Source: an uncultured Colwellia sp.
GTDB taxonomy: Bacteria > Pseudomonadota > Gammaproteobacteria > Enterobacterales > Alteromonadaceae
DNA length: 64,000 nucleotides
Assembly (NCBI GenBank): GCA_913061475.1
Contig: CAJXUN010000025.1
Span: forward strand, 1,427-65,426
Reading direction: 5' to 3'
Position 1 is the first letter of the stretch. Every line of letters begins with the position of its first letter. Of the stretch, positions 29,448-40,100 are shown in pieces. Under the pieces are notes generated by a model. It was not told where the DNA came from. It was given only the letters and a program-made list of their open reading frames with translations, and did not search any database. Both the position numbers and the translations under genes were made by a program.

Positions 29448-29660
29448 ATGGATGAGCAGCAATTTAGTCAGCTAAAAAAAGTTAGCGCTAAGTCATTTAA
29501 TGATCAAAAAGCTTTGATAAAAAAAGTGCTGGCAGGGCGAGATATTGCCTGTCAGCAATGTGGTACACCGATCAGGGTTGTACTACCTGAAGATAATAAA
29601 ACTACAGGCTTATACTGTGCGAAAGGTTGTACCAATATCGCTTTAGATTTTGTTTTATAA
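29448..29660 (+). CDS. Small zinc-ribbon-like protein (70 aa)
   Basis: Cys pairs CQQC and CAKGC are present. I chose the start at ATG 29448; the ORF track starts at TTG 29427. The 3' end overlaps the convergent nitroreductase gene by 6 nt. Confidence 0.4.
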   Translation: MDEQQFSQLKKVSAKSFNDQKALIKKVLAGRDIACQQCGTPIRVVLPEDNKTTGLYCAKGCTNIALDFVL

Positions 29661-30329
29661 AAATGTCGCAATATCTGTAATTTTTTTCTTCGTTATAGCA
29701 TGATGAGGCACAGTGGCATCATCACTTGGGTAGCCAGCAATTAACAACATATAAGGGCGGCTATTGTCATCGCGACCACATACTTTGCTGAGAAATGACA
29801 TAGGTTTAGGTGTATGAGTTAATGTCACTAATCCACTAGAGTGTAAAGCATTGATCAAAAATCCAGTGGCGATACCCACTGATTCATGGACATAATAATT
29901 AGTATTTTTCTCATCAATTGAAATGCCACCTTTTTTCTCACTGAATATTGCAATCAGCCAAGGTGCATTTTCTAAATAAGGCTTGTTAGCATCGGTGCCT
30001 AACGGTTTTAATGCGTCTAACCATTCTTCGCCTGCTCGACCCTGATAAAAATTACTTTCATGAATTTCTGCTTGCTGGCGTATTTGCTTTTTAACCTCAG
30101 TATCATTAATAGCGACAAAGTGCCAAGGTTGGTGATTAGCACCACTTGGCGCGGTACCTGCTGCTTTTATGCAGTTTTCAATGACTTTTTTTGCTACTGG
30201 GCGATTACTGAAGCTGCGAATACTGTGACGACGTTTAATATTCTCATAAAACTTTTCCGAGCGCTCAAGCATTTCTTCGCTAGTATATTCAATATAATCA
30301 CTTAATGGCGAGGCATCATGGGCTTGCAT
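29655..30329 (-). CDS. Flavin-dependent nitroreductase-superfamily enzyme, iodotyrosine-deiodinase (IYD)-like
   Basis: Motifs include RHSIRSFSNRPV, AGTAPSGANHQPWHFV, YYVHESVGIATGFL, LVTLTHTP and GYPSDDATVP. Confidence 0.75.
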   Translation of the reverse strand: MQAHDASPLSDYIEYTSEEMLERSEKFYENIKRRHSIRSFSNRPVAKKVIENCIKAAGTAPSGANHQPWHFVAINDTEVKKQIRQQAEIHESNFYQGRAGEEWLDALKPLGTDANKPYLENAPWLIAIFSEKKGGISIDEKNTNYYVHESVGIATGFLINALHSSGLVTLTHTPKPMSFLSKVCGRDDNSRPYMLLIAGYPSDDATVPHHAITKKKITDIATFL

Positions 30330-30527
30330 AAAACTTCCTATTATTTTTATAACTTGATGTAACTACAGACTATTAGCTTATCGGTAAAATTGTTGCGATG
30401 GCAAGAGTTAATGATTAAATCTATTGGTGTTAATTGCAAGAAGGCTTAGAACCTTGCGTAGAAGGAGGCCATAAAAAAAATATAACCAATGTGGTACAAC
30501 AAAGGTAAATAATATGAGGTATGAAAG

Positions 30528-30803
30528 CTAAAAATCTCGGTGCTTATGTTGCGCTAATTTTTTTAGGTATGAGTCTAAACCTATCTTGCGACGAGCAACT
30601 TCGGCTTTATAAACACCGAAACAAAGGGAAGTAGCCATGATCAACGTGATAGCCAATAAGTTTTCGTGTTGAGCATAAGCCGAGAATAGCGTTGTGATCA
30701 CAGCACCAATAACACAATAGCTTAAAACGATCCGCAACCAAGCATAGCTTGCAATCATGGCTTTCTGTATTGATAAATAAATTAATGGCTGTGATGTTTT
30801 CAA
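30528..30803 (-). CDS. Small hypothetical membrane protein (91 aa, ~2 TM segments)
   Basis: It has two hydrophobic segments and a basic C-terminal tail. I recognise no family. Confidence 0.4.
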   Translation of the reverse strand: MKTSQPLIYLSIQKAMIASYAWLRIVLSYCVIGAVITTLFSAYAQHENLLAITLIMATSLCFGVYKAEVARRKIGLDSYLKKLAQHKHRDF

Positions 30804-31012
30804 GATTTAATACATTCCTAATAATTTAAATACTTTGGTTAGCTAGTATAAATAATGAAAGGGGAATATAAAAGTTAATGTCTATTCGAAAAAGGCATAA
30901 CGCAGAAGTTTAGTTTATAACCTGACTTTAGCAATTTTTTGGCTATTTAACTTGGAGTGAGGTTATTTAATCTTTTGACGGTACGTCGGTGAATGTAATC
31001 CCTCGGATAAAT

Positions 31013-31039
31013 AAAAAAAGCGCCGGTGAGGCGCTTTTA
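31013..31039 (-). terminator. Rho-independent terminator after purL
   Basis: The minus strand reads AAGCGCC-TCAC-CGGCGCTT followed by T7. Confidence 0.8.
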
Positions 31040-31082
31040 AAATGCTATTTTTATTGACTGGCAATAAATTTAAGCCATGAAT

Positions 31083-34000
31083 TTAGCCAATAAATTTACG
31101 TGCGTTACGGAACATACGAACCCACGGTGAATCTTCTTGCCATTCATCTGGATGCCATGAGTTAGCAACAGTACGAAATACACGTTCAGGATGAGGCATC
31201 ATTATGGTGACTCGTCCATCCGTTGTCGTTAATGCCGTAATGCCGTCTGGTGAACCGTTCGGGTTAGCCGGGTAGGTTTCAGTTATATGGCCATAGTTAT
31301 CTACATAACGCATCGCAACCGTACCTGATTCATTAGCATCATCAATAGCATCGTCGGAGCTGAATTCAGTACGACCTTCACCGTGAGATACTGCGATAGG
31401 CATACGAGACCCTGCCATACCATCGAAGAAGATAGATGGATTTTCTTGAATTTCAACTAAGCTAAAGCGCGCTTCAAATCGCTCAGATTTGTTTTGTACG
31501 AAACGTGGCCATGCTTGTGAGCCAGGAATAATTTCTTTCAGGTTTGACAACATTTGACAGCCGTTACAAACACCTAATGAGAAAGTATCTTCACGTTCAA
31601 AGAATGCTTTAAACATAGCTTTAGCATCTTTGTTGAACAAGATTGATTTTGCCCAACCTTCACCAGCGCCTAATACATCACCGTACGAGAAACCACCACA
31701 AGCGACTAAGCCGTTAAAATCAGCTAAATCAGTACGACCAGACAATATGTCAGACATGTGTACGTCAACAGCAACAAAACCGGCACGGTCAAATGCTGCG
31801 GCCATTTCTACATGAGAGTTAACCCCTTGCTCGCGTAATATGGCGATACGAGGATTTGTGCCGCTTTGTGCGTCTTTAGCGATAAGTTCAGCAACAATGT
31901 CTTCATTGATATCAAAACTTAACTCAGCGTTTAGACCCGGATCTTCAGTATCGTATTTTACATCGTGCTCTTGTTGCGCACATTCAGGATTATCACGCAG
32001 TGACTGCATTCTAAAGGTGGTTTGTGCCCAAAGCGTACGGAAGTAAGTACGAGAGTTTTCTAGTACTACAACACCGTCACGGCTAAAACGTAGGGTATCT
32101 TCGTTATTAATGCGACCAATGTCAGTACAACAATCCAAAATGCCATGTTCGGCTAGTACGGCGTGAATAGCATCAACATCGCTTTCGCGAATTTGAATCA
32201 CTGCCCCCAACTCTTCATTGAATAGTACGTCAACATCATTACCTGATGCAGAAGTTAATTGAGTTAAGTCAATATCAACGCCAGTATGACCAGCAAATGC
32301 CATTTCAACGATTGAAGTAAATAAACCACCATCAGATCTATCATGATAAGCAATCAGCTTTTCATCACGTACTAAGGTTTGCATGGCGTTAAAGAAGCCT
32401 TTTAATGTTTCAGGGCTATCAACGTCTGGCGTTTCATTGCCCAGTTGTTTGTATACTTGCGCTAAACATGAGCCACCTAAACGGTTTTTACCTTTTGATA
32501 AATCAATAGCAACAATGCGTGTCTCGCCTTGGTCTGTTCTTAACTCTGGCGTAACTGTTTTACGAATATCTTCAACAACACCAAAAGCGGTAATGATTAA
32601 TGACATAGGTGATGTTACTGATTTCTCTTCGCCGTTTTCGTGCCATTGAGTACGCATCGACATAGAGTCTTTGCCTACTGGGATAGTTAAGCCAAGCGCA
32701 GGACAAAGTTCTTCACCAATAGCTTTAACCGCTTCGTATAAACCCGCATCTTCACCTGGATGACCCGCAGGCGACATCCAGTTTGCAGAAAGCTTAATAC
32801 GGTTTAAGTCTCCGATATCAGTACCAGCAATGTTGGTTAATGACTCGGCTACGGCTAAACGAGCAGAAGCACCAAAGTTAAGTAATGCTACTGGCGTACG
32901 TTCACCCAATGACATAGCTTCACCGTGGTAAGAATCAAGCGCTGAAGCGGTAACACCACAGTCAGCGACAGGTACTTGCCAAGGGCCAACCATTTGGTCG
33001 CGGTTAACCATACCGGTTACTGAGCGATCACCAATAGTGATAAGGAAGGTTTTTTCAGCAACAGTCGGTAATGACAAAATTCTATCAGCAGCATCACTTA
33101 ATGTAATATCAGCAACCATTAATTCATCACCGGTTGCGGTTTTAGTGGTTACATCTTTGAAGATTTTTGGCGTTTTACCCAATAACACATCCAATGGTAA
33201 ATCAATAGGGGTGTCTAACTTATTGTTTCCTGAAAAGTGTTCATCAGTTACCGTTAAATGCTCTTCTTCTGTCGCTCGGCCAACAACCGCATATGGCGCA
33301 CGTTCACGAGCACAAATATTTTTAAAGGTATCGAGATTTTCATCTGATACGGCAATAACATAACGCTCTTGAGATTCGTTACACCAAATCTCATGTGGCG
33401 CCATGCTACGTTCATCATTGGGTACGTTGCGAAGTTCAAATACACCACCGCGTCCGCCATCTGAGACTAATTCAGGGAAAGCGTTTGATAAGCCACCAGC
33501 GCCAACATCATGAATAAAGGCGATAGGGTTTTGCTCACCTAACTGCCAACACTTATCAATAACTTCCTGACAACGACGCTCCATTTCTGGATTCTCACGT
33601 TGCACGGAAGCAAAGTCTAAGTTTTCAGCTGATTGACCTGACGCCATTGAAGAAGCAGCACCACCGCCTAAACCTATGTTCATAGCAGGGCCGCCAAGGG
33701 CGATTAAATGGGCGCCAACGACTATTTCACGTTTTTGTACATGTTCATCACGAATATTACCTAAACCACCGGCCAGCATAATAGGTTTATGGTAACCACG
33801 TACCTCGTTGCCATTGAATGAGTTAACTTCTTCTTCGTATGTTCTGAAATAGCCCAAAATAGCAGGGCGGCCAAATTCGTTGTTAAATGCGGCGCCACCT
33901 AAAGGGCCTTCCATCATAATATCAAAGGCTGAAACAATACGACTGGGTTTACCGAAATCCGATTCCCAAGGCTGTTCAAAGTTTGGAATACGTAAATTTG

Positions 34001-35030
34001 ACACTGAAAAACCCACTAAACCTGCTTTGGGTTTAGAACCAATACCGGTTGCGCCTTCATCACGAATTTCACCACCTGAACCTGTAGCGGCACCCGGGTA
34101 TGGTGAAATAGCTGTCGGGTGATTGTGAGTTTCAACTTTCATTAAAATTTGAATGTCTTCGTGGTGGTAACCATAAACATTGCTTTGTGGGTCTGGGAAG
34201 AAACGACCACCTTTATTACCCACCATCACCGCGGCGTTGTCTTTATAAGCACTTAAAACAAAATCAGGGTTAACTTCATGGGTGTTGCGGATCATTTTAA
34301 ACAGCGACTTAGGCTGTTTTACACCATCTATTGTCCAATCGGCGTTGAATATTTTATGACGACAATGTTCAGAGTTAGCTTGGGCAAACATATAAAGTTC
34401 GATGTCGTGTGGGTTACGACCCAACTTGCTGAAGTTTTCGAATAAGTAGTTTACTTCGTCTTCGGCCAGGGCAAGGCCCAATTCGATATTGGCTTGAACT
34501 AAGGCGCTCTTGCCGCCGTTTTCAATATCAATAACCGTAAGTTCGCCGGGCTCTGCGCTAGCAAATAATGCTGTTGCATCATTGAGTTCATTGAAGATGG
34601 TTTCCATCATGCGATCGTGGAGCAAGGTATTTAATGTCGATTGTTGAGCCGGCGTTAATGGCGCCAAATTTTTAGTAGTAACGTAATAAGCTAAACCGCG
34701 TTCTAGGCGAATAACTTTAGTTAAACCACAGTTATGTGCGATGTCGGTAGACTTTGATGACCAAGGTGAAATAGTGCCAGGTCGCGGCGTAACTAATAAA
34801 AATTGCCCAACAGGCTCATGTTCTTCAATTGTTGGTCCATACTTAAGAAGTTGCTGTAAAACTTGAGATTCTTCAGTGTTTAGTGCTTCTGTAATATGTG
34901 CAAAATGGGTAAATTCAGCATAGATATCCGTGACGGGCAGTTGCAGCTCAGAGCACTGATTTAGTAGCTTACTTACTCTAAAATCAGAGAGTGCTGGCGC
35001 ACCGCGAAGGGTTTTCATCAACATCGACAT
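31083..35030 (-). CDS. purL: Phosphoribosylformylglycinamidine synthase (single-chain large PurL)
   Basis: The 1315-aa protein has the N-terminus [12 protein letters not shown] and a C-terminal glutamine amidotransferase domain ([12 protein letters not shown]). Confidence 0.97.
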   Translation of the reverse strand: MSMLMKTLRGAPALSDFRVSKLLNQCSELQLPVTDIYAEFTHFAHITEALNTEESQVLQQLLKYGPTIEEHEPVGQFLLVTPRPGTISPWSSKSTDIAHNCGLTKVIRLERGLAYYVTTKNLAPLTPAQQSTLNTLLHDRMMETIFNELNDATALFASAEPGELTVIDIENGGKSALVQANIELGLALAEDEVNYLFENFSKLGRNPHDIELYMFAQANSEHCRHKIFNADWTIDGVKQPKSLFKMIRNTHEVNPDFVLSAYKDNAAVMVGNKGGRFFPDPQSNVYGYHHEDIQILMKVETHNHPTAISPYPGAATGSGGEIRDEGATGIGSKPKAGLVGFSVSNLRIPNFEQPWESDFGKPSRIVSAFDIMMEGPLGGAAFNNEFGRPAILGYFRTYEEEVNSFNGNEVRGYHKPIMLAGGLGNIRDEHVQKREIVVGAHLIALGGPAMNIGLGGGAASSMASGQSAENLDFASVQRENPEMERRCQEVIDKCWQLGEQNPIAFIHDVGAGGLSNAFPELVSDGGRGGVFELRNVPNDERSMAPHEIWCNESQERYVIAVSDENLDTFKNICARERAPYAVVGRATEEEHLTVTDEHFSGNNKLDTPIDLPLDVLLGKTPKIFKDVTTKTATGDELMVADITLSDAADRILSLPTVAEKTFLITIGDRSVTGMVNRDQMVGPWQVPVADCGVTASALDSYHGEAMSLGERTPVALLNFGASARLAVAESLTNIAGTDIGDLNRIKLSANWMSPAGHPGEDAGLYEAVKAIGEELCPALGLTIPVGKDSMSMRTQWHENGEEKSVTSPMSLIITAFGVVEDIRKTVTPELRTDQGETRIVAIDLSKGKNRLGGSCLAQVYKQLGNETPDVDSPETLKGFFNAMQTLVRDEKLIAYHDRSDGGLFTSIVEMAFAGHTGVDIDLTQLTSASGNDVDVLFNEELGAVIQIRESDVDAIHAVLAEHGILDCCTDIGRINNEDTLRFSRDGVVVLENSRTYFRTLWAQTTFRMQSLRDNPECAQQEHDVKYDTEDPGLNAELSFDINEDIVAELIAKDAQSGTNPRIAILREQGVNSHVEMAAAFDRAGFVAVDVHMSDILSGRTDLADFNGLVACGGFSYGDVLGAGEGWAKSILFNKDAKAMFKAFFEREDTFSLGVCNGCQMLSNLKEIIPGSQAWPRFVQNKSERFEARFSLVEIQENPSIFFDGMAGSRMPIAVSHGEGRTEFSSDDAIDDANESGTVAMRYVDNYGHITETYPANPNGSPDGITALTTTDGRVTIMMPHPERVFRTVANSWHPDEWQEDSPWVRMFRNARKFIG

Positions 35031-35202
35031 AGTCTATTTCACCGGTTAGATTAATTAAGGATAAAAAACGCGCGTATTATAGATGAAATGGGGCGATTAG
35101 AGAAACGATTTGTCTCATTTGTCACTAATTTTCTTAGCACTAAATTAGTCGATTAATAAAAATAGCTTTTTTAATATCTCAATTCACGTGACAATAGGAC
35201 CT

Positions 35203-36636
35203 ATGATAAAAAAACAAATAAATTCATTTGCTAACCAAGTTAGCCGGCATATGGTGCTGGTTTTGTTTTTATTGCCATTAATCGTTATTTTCTCTGGCTG
35301 TAAAACGCAACAAGCACCAGCAAATTTACAGCGTATTATCGACCGAGGCTACGTAACGGTTGGTACGCTTTATGGCAACACCAGTTATTATCTCGACGCA
35401 GAAGGTCCTGCCGGTTTCGAATACGAACTTGCGAAAAAATATGCTCAATATTTAGGTGTCGAATTAAAAATGATGCCAAGCTACAACTTAAATGAATTAT
35501 TTCAGCAACTCGATAATGGTAGCGTCGATCTATTGGCCGCAGGCTTAGCGGTAACCGAGGAGCGTCGCCAGCAATACCATTTCACACCCAGTTATGATGA
35601 TGTCAGCCAAAAGCTAGTATTTAAACAAGGTAATATTAGACCACGTAAACTTGCAGATTTAACCGGTAAACTCGAAGTGGTGGAGCAATCTAGCCATGTC
35701 GAAAATTTAGTTAAGCTCAAGCAATCTAACCCTGAATTGGCGTGGGAAACAACAGGAGAACTTGATAGCGAAGAGCTTTTATTACGGGTGCTTTCAGGAG
35801 AAATTGATTACACCATTGCCGATAGCAATACGCTAGCCATTAATCGCAGATATTACCCAGAAATAAGTATTGGCTTTACTATTAGACAGCCTGAGCCGCT
35901 AGCGTGGATGGTCAATAAACATAATGATGATTCAATTTATGCCAGTTTAATTGAGTTTTTTGGTCAAGTTCATCATAACGGTGTTTTATTGGCCTTAAAT
36001 GATAAATATTATGGTCATATAGAAGAATTTAATTATGTCGATACACGTATGTTTATCCAAGCGATTGAAAACAAGCTACCTAAATATCAGCCGTTGTTTG
36101 AAAAGTATGGCCAAGACGTTGATTGGCGTTTATTAGCTGCGATTAGCTACCAGGAGTCACATTGGGAACCGCATGCGCGTTCGTACACCGGTGTGCGGGG
36201 CATGATGATGCTAACCTTGCCAACGGCAAAACAAATGGGCATAAAAAGTCGTTTAGATGCCGAGCAAAGTATCCGTGGTGGAGCGAAATACTTTAAACAA
36301 CTTATTGGCCGTATGCCAGCACGAGTTCCAGATCCTGATCGACTTTGGTTTGCGCTCGCTTCTTATAATATTGGCTTAGGTCATTTGAATGACGCACGCA
36401 ATATTACTAAACAACAAGGCGGTGATCCTGATCGTTGGGTTGAAGTAAAAGAGCGTTTACCACTACTAAAACAAAAAAAGTATTATAAAAAAACTCGCTA
36501 TGGTTATGCTCGCGGCGATGAACCGGTCAATTATGTTGAAAATATTCGACGTTACTATGATACGTTAACTTGGATGGATGATAACGCCAAGCACAACGCA
36601 GCTTCGAATGAGTTAACGGACACAGCAGTAGACTAG
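35203..36636 (+). CDS. mltF: Membrane-bound lytic murein transglycosylase F
   Basis: An N-terminal SBP-like domain is followed by an SLT domain ([21 protein letters not shown]). It is divergent from purL, as in E. coli. The ORF track starts at GTG 35188. Confidence 0.9.
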   Translation: MIKKQINSFANQVSRHMVLVLFLLPLIVIFSGCKTQQAPANLQRIIDRGYVTVGTLYGNTSYYLDAEGPAGFEYELAKKYAQYLGVELKMMPSYNLNELFQQLDNGSVDLLAAGLAVTEERRQQYHFTPSYDDVSQKLVFKQGNIRPRKLADLTGKLEVVEQSSHVENLVKLKQSNPELAWETTGELDSEELLLRVLSGEIDYTIADSNTLAINRRYYPEISIGFTIRQPEPLAWMVNKHNDDSIYASLIEFFGQVHHNGVLLALNDKYYGHIEEFNYVDTRMFIQAIENKLPKYQPLFEKYGQDVDWRLLAAISYQESHWEPHARSYTGVRGMMMLTLPTAKQMGIKSRLDAEQSIRGGAKYFKQLIGRMPARVPDPDRLWFALASYNIGLGHLNDARNITKQQGGDPDRWVEVKERLPLLKQKKYYKKTRYGYARGDEPVNYVENIRRYYDTLTWMDDNAKHNAASNELTDTAVD

Positions 36637-36778
36637 CGAAGGTTTTATCCCAAATATTGTATCTATTGTCATTAAAGTGTCATATAGGCTAGTAATAATA
36701 GTGCTAGATTTTTAGCTATGATAAGTCGTAAAACCAATCGACATTTAAAATTGCAGATATGTTTTCAAAGAGGATAAA

Positions 36779-36937
36779 ATGAGAGTTAAGAAATACCTAG
36801 CCAGTAATCAGCGAAAACGAACATTGCGTCGAAACCAAGTAAGATTGGCGAATCGGCGCCATATGCAATTCTCGTTAGAGCAATATAGTAGTCAAGAACC
36901 TTCGGTTAATGCAAACAACGAGCTAAAAAACCCTTAG
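36779..36937 (+). CDS. Candidate small basic protein (52 aa), not in the ORF track
   Basis: The ATG is preceded by AGAGGA with a 5-6 nt spacer. The N-terminus is Arg/Lys-rich (MRVKKYLASNQRKRTLRRNQVRLANRRH). The stop lies inside a GAGCTAA/TTAGCTC hairpin. Confidence 0.3.
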   Translation: MRVKKYLASNQRKRTLRRNQVRLANRRHMQFSLEQYSSQEPSVNANNELKNP

Positions 36938-36974
36938 CTCGTCAAAATAACATTTTATAGTCATTGTCTTAAAA

Positions 36975-37565
36975 CTAAATGTGTTTGCCTTGGCTCCAAG
37001 CTGATGTATTTAAAAGTTGCTCGCCAGCATCAACAGCACCACTTTCCATGGTTGTAGCCATTGAGTCGTTCCAACGGTTTAAGTAGCCAAACAATGATAT
37101 AACACCTAGTATTTCAACAATTTCGCCGTCATCCCAATATTTGTGCAGCGTATTAGCAATATTGTCATCAACCGCATTGGGAACACTTGAGGCAGCAAGT
37201 GCAAATTCAAACGCGGCTTTTTCGGCTTCAGTATATAAATGGCTATCACGAAAATTCCAAATGTTTGTCAAACGCTCATCAGTGCCACCATAGCGTTGTG
37301 CCGCTAAAATAGTATGGGCCTCACAATATCGACAGCCAGTATTCGCACTGGTGATATAGCCTATTAATCGTTTTTGCTCGGCATTAACTCGGCCATCGTT
37401 TGCCATCACAGCCATGTTTAAGTTAATAAATGCTTTTGCTATTGCCGGGCGACGCTGCATGGTTAAAACGCTGTTAGGGCAAAAGCCTAATGTTTCATTA
37501 AAAAATCGTGCAAGCTCTGCAACTTCTTCATTCTCATCGCTGGCAAGAGGACGAACTAATGGCAT
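36975..37565 (-). CDS. Carboxymuconolactone-decarboxylase/AhpD-like peroxidase-related protein
   Basis: The CxxC motif sits in the typical AhpD-like context (NTGCRYCEAH). Confidence 0.75.
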   Translation of the reverse strand: MPLVRPLASDENEEVAELARFFNETLGFCPNSVLTMQRRPAIAKAFINLNMAVMANDGRVNAEQKRLIGYITSANTGCRYCEAHTILAAQRYGGTDERLTNIWNFRDSHLYTEAEKAAFEFALAASSVPNAVDDNIANTLHKYWDDGEIVEILGVISLFGYLNRWNDSMATTMESGAVDAGEQLLNTSAWSQGKHI

Positions 37566-37819
37566 ATTTTCTCTCCAATGAAAAAACCGTAAATTATATA
37601 ATTAAGTGACTATTTAACATATAACACAGATATTGCAAATGCAACATCTAATTAGCAATACAAGCAGAGATAGGACGTTAAATAAGATGTTTTAAAATAT
37701 CGGGATATGGCTTGTGTCAATTATAGTGGCAAGGTAAAGTGATTTATCGGCCGTTTTTCATAATTTAAGGTGTCATTATTTCTTCATTAGCGAGAGAACA
37801 AGCATTTAACCTAACTAAT

Positions 37820-38365
37820 TTGCTCGATGAGCCGTTAGATTTATCGGAGCATTTGCCATTTCGTATTGCTGTTGTCAGCAATTTATTGGCACTCAATCGT
37901 GATTTAAGTATACGTAGCTTATCGAACTTAGAGCCAAGAGAAATGCGGGTGTTGATTAATATTGGTTCATATATGCCGATTAAAGCGGCTGATATTGCGT
38001 ATCAATCTCGCATTGACTCGTCGAACGTTAGTAGAGCGGTAAAAGTACTGTTAGCTAAAAAATTAATAGCTGCAGAGCCGGACCCAACAAGTAAAAATAT
38101 CAAGTACTTAACGCTAACAAAACTGGGTGTGGGGCTATATAAGCAGATCACTGATGCACTTGATCCTCGAGCTCAAGCATTGGAAAGCATTTTAAGCGCG
38201 GAAGAAAGACAAAATTTTTATCAATGTTTAGCAAAAATAGAAACAAAAGCAGAACAATTATTAGCACAACAGGCGTTATCATTTGTTAATCAAGGTTTGG
38301 AAATTCCGGCCGATCAAAAAGAACTTTTACGCTGGTATAAAAAAAGTCATAGGCAGGCAACATAG
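37820..38365 (+). CDS. MarR-family transcriptional regulator
   Basis: A winged-HTH region is present (PREMRVLINIG..MPIKAADIAYQSRIDSSNVSRAVKVLLAKKLI). The TTG start is uncertain. Confidence 0.8.
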   Translation: MLDEPLDLSEHLPFRIAVVSNLLALNRDLSIRSLSNLEPREMRVLINIGSYMPIKAADIAYQSRIDSSNVSRAVKVLLAKKLIAAEPDPTSKNIKYLTLTKLGVGLYKQITDALDPRAQALESILSAEERQNFYQCLAKIETKAEQLLAQQALSFVNQGLEIPADQKELLRWYKKSHRQAT

Positions 38366-38411
38366 TTGCTTTTGCATAGCTGCTAACCTTTGTCTATTTA
38401 GGAGTGCAATA

Positions 38412-38792
38412 ATGCAAGAGCACGGATATTATAGCGTTAAGCTTGAACAAAACTTACTCAATATCACTTTAGTGGGTTCACTTAATGAGCAAGCGGCAGG
38501 CACTGCTTGTCAACAAATTAAAGCCAGTATAGTCGGCCTTAATGGTGATAAAGTGGTTGTGTTAGTTAACTGTTTAGATTACCAAGGCAGCACGCCACAG
38601 GCACATCAAATTTCTAATCAAACACTAAATTGGCTAAACCAGCAGAACTGCGTTGCAAGAGCGACAGTATACAAAGAAAAGATTCACCAAGATATTGTCA
38701 AACACCAGCAACCGGAAATATTTGGCATGAAAAATCGTCGAGAATTTCATTGCTTCGATGAAGCGCGGCAATGGCTTCTCGCACAGTTGTAA
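38412..38792 (+). CDS. Hypothetical protein (126 aa), possibly a STAS-like fold
   Basis: The start is an ATG with AGGAG upstream. The longer track ORF from 38283 overlaps the MarR 3' end and is unlikely to be real. Confidence 0.45.
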   Translation: MQEHGYYSVKLEQNLLNITLVGSLNEQAAGTACQQIKASIVGLNGDKVVVLVNCLDYQGSTPQAHQISNQTLNWLNQQNCVARATVYKEKIHQDIVKHQQPEIFGMKNRREFHCFDEARQWLLAQL

Positions 38793-38802
38793 AAGGTACT
38801 AG

Positions 38803-39252
38803 TCACTCTTTATATTTTTCCAGTAAAACCGCACCATTATTTTCATTGCCTAAAATGTCCTCAGGATTATAGATAGGGCAGCTCTTCATCGAAAGACAAC
38901 CACAACCGATACAACCATCTAACGAGTCTCTGAGTTTTTCTAAGTAAGCTATTTTTTGATTTAAACCTTGTTGCCAAAATTTAGATAACTGCTGCCAATC
39001 ATCTTTCGTTGGTGTTCTTTTGTCGGGTAAATTGGCAAAAGCATTTTTTATTTCCTCCAACGATACCCCCATTTTCTGCGCGGCTTTGATCACTGAAATA
39101 CGCCGCAGTACGTCACGTTTGTAGCGTCGCTGATTACCTTGATTTCGTAGACTTTTTATTAAACCTACTTGCTCGTAAAAATGTAAAGTGGAGACCTTAA
39201 CACCGCAGCGTTTGGCAACGTGTCCGACAGTTAAATTAGCTTCTTCAAGCAT
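38803..39252 (-). CDS. soxR: Redox-sensitive MerR-family regulator SoxR ([2Fe-2S])
   Basis: It has a MerR HTH (LTVGHVAKRCGVKVSTLHFYEQ) and the SoxR cluster motif CIGCGCLSMKSCP. Confidence 0.92.
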   Translation of the reverse strand: MLEEANLTVGHVAKRCGVKVSTLHFYEQVGLIKSLRNQGNQRRYKRDVLRRISVIKAAQKMGVSLEEIKNAFANLPDKRTPTKDDWQQLSKFWQQGLNQKIAYLEKLRDSLDGCIGCGCLSMKSCPIYNPEDILGNENNGAVLLEKYKE

Positions 39253-39289
39253 AGCATTCTTCTTTTTTTACTTTTTTTGAAAATAACAC

Positions 39290-39320
39290 TTTACCTCAAG
39301 TTTACTTGAGGTTTTATGAT
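39290..39320 (+). promoter_or_regulatory. SoxR-controlled promoter (soxbox within a 19-bp spacer)
   Basis: The -35 is TTTACC (39290-39295). The 18-bp palindrome CCTCAAGTTTACTTGAGG lies at 39294-39311, and the -10 is TATGAT (39315-39320). The spacer is exactly 19 bp, as in MerR/SoxR-type promoters. Confidence 0.8.
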
Positions 39321-39352
39321 TGGTTTCAACATTAACACAAGGGAGATAAATA

Positions 39353-39472
39353 ATGAAAATTTTTCAACGGAAACAAAATACCCCTAAGGTTCGAACAAAC
39401 ACTGATATTAATAACAGCCTGATACGACATAAATTTTTTCAAATATATAACGCTATCTTAAGTTATAAATAA
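39353..39472 (+). CDS. Candidate 39-aa leader ORF downstream of the soxbox promoter
   Basis: The ATG has GGGAGA 6 nt upstream. The peptide MKIFQRKQNTPKVRTNTDINNSLIRHKFFQIYNAILSYK matches no family I recognise. Confidence 0.25.
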   Translation: MKIFQRKQNTPKVRTNTDINNSLIRHKFFQIYNAILSYK

Positions 39473-39536
39473 GCAATAAGTGAGCCCAGTCTTAAAGTAT
39501 TAATCATTGTAATATCAATATATTAAAGGAAATAAC

Positions 39537-39953
39537 ATGTTGTATTTAGAACATTTAAATTTAGTGGTTAAAAACATTCCGCAAGCATTAACATTTTATC
39601 AAGCGGCTTTTCCACATTGGCGTATCAGAGGTGGCGGACAGTCAACATGGCATGGTAAACCAAGACGTTGGTTACATTTTGGTGATGATAGTATTTATCT
39701 GGCTTTGAGCGATCATGGTGAAAGTGATATTCGCGATAATAAGGCTTTTCAAGTCGGCTTAAGTCACTTTGCTTTTGTGACTGACGAGTTGGCGCAAGTG
39801 ACTCAACGGCTAAAAGCTGCAGGGTTTGTTGGCGTACAAGGTGATGGCGCGGAAGGTATTCGTAAAAATACTTACTTTGTAGACTCAGATGGTTTTGAAG
39901 TAGAATTTGTTGAATATTTAACGGCAGATATCGAAAAAAGAAATGATTATTAA
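39537..39953 (+). CDS. VOC/glyoxalase-bleomycin-resistance-dioxygenase family protein
   Basis: The 138-aa protein begins LEHLNLVVKN and contains GLSHFAF and FEVEFVEY, typical of the paired beta-alpha-beta-beta-beta VOC fold. Confidence 0.75.
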   Translation: MLYLEHLNLVVKNIPQALTFYQAAFPHWRIRGGGQSTWHGKPRRWLHFGDDSIYLALSDHGESDIRDNKAFQVGLSHFAFVTDELAQVTQRLKAAGFVGVQGDGAEGIRKNTYFVDSDGFEVEFVEYLTADIEKRNDY

Positions 39954-40033
39954 TCGTTGCGTTACGCCGGAGATTAGAGGGCTAAATCACTAGCATTGAA
40001 TTATTCTATATTGAAATTTTAGCGTTAAATCAT

Positions 40034-40067
40034 AAATAAAATGCCTCAAAGCTGAGGCATTTTATTT
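40034..40067. terminator. Bidirectional terminator between the convergent VOC and protease genes
   Basis: The perfect palindrome AAATAAAATGCCTCA-AAGC-TGAGGCATTTTATTT has A/T runs on both sides. Confidence 0.85.
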
Positions 40068-40100
40068 AGCAAATTAACTGCGTTACATTGCTTATTGCTG

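Noticed and set aside
35101-35116. A PurR-box-like sequence (AGAAACGATTTGTCTC) lies in the purL-mltF divergent region.
   Set aside because: The left half-site is reasonable, but the right half needs a 1-nt shift and has several mismatches to ACGCAAACGTTTGCGT. This is too weak to call without a scoring matrix.
38283-38411. The hypothetical ORF has an extended 5' part that overlaps the last 83 nt of the MarR gene.
   Set aside because: The internal ATG at 38412 has a strong AGGAG SD and removes the overlap. The extension reads like translated intergenic or out-of-frame sequence.
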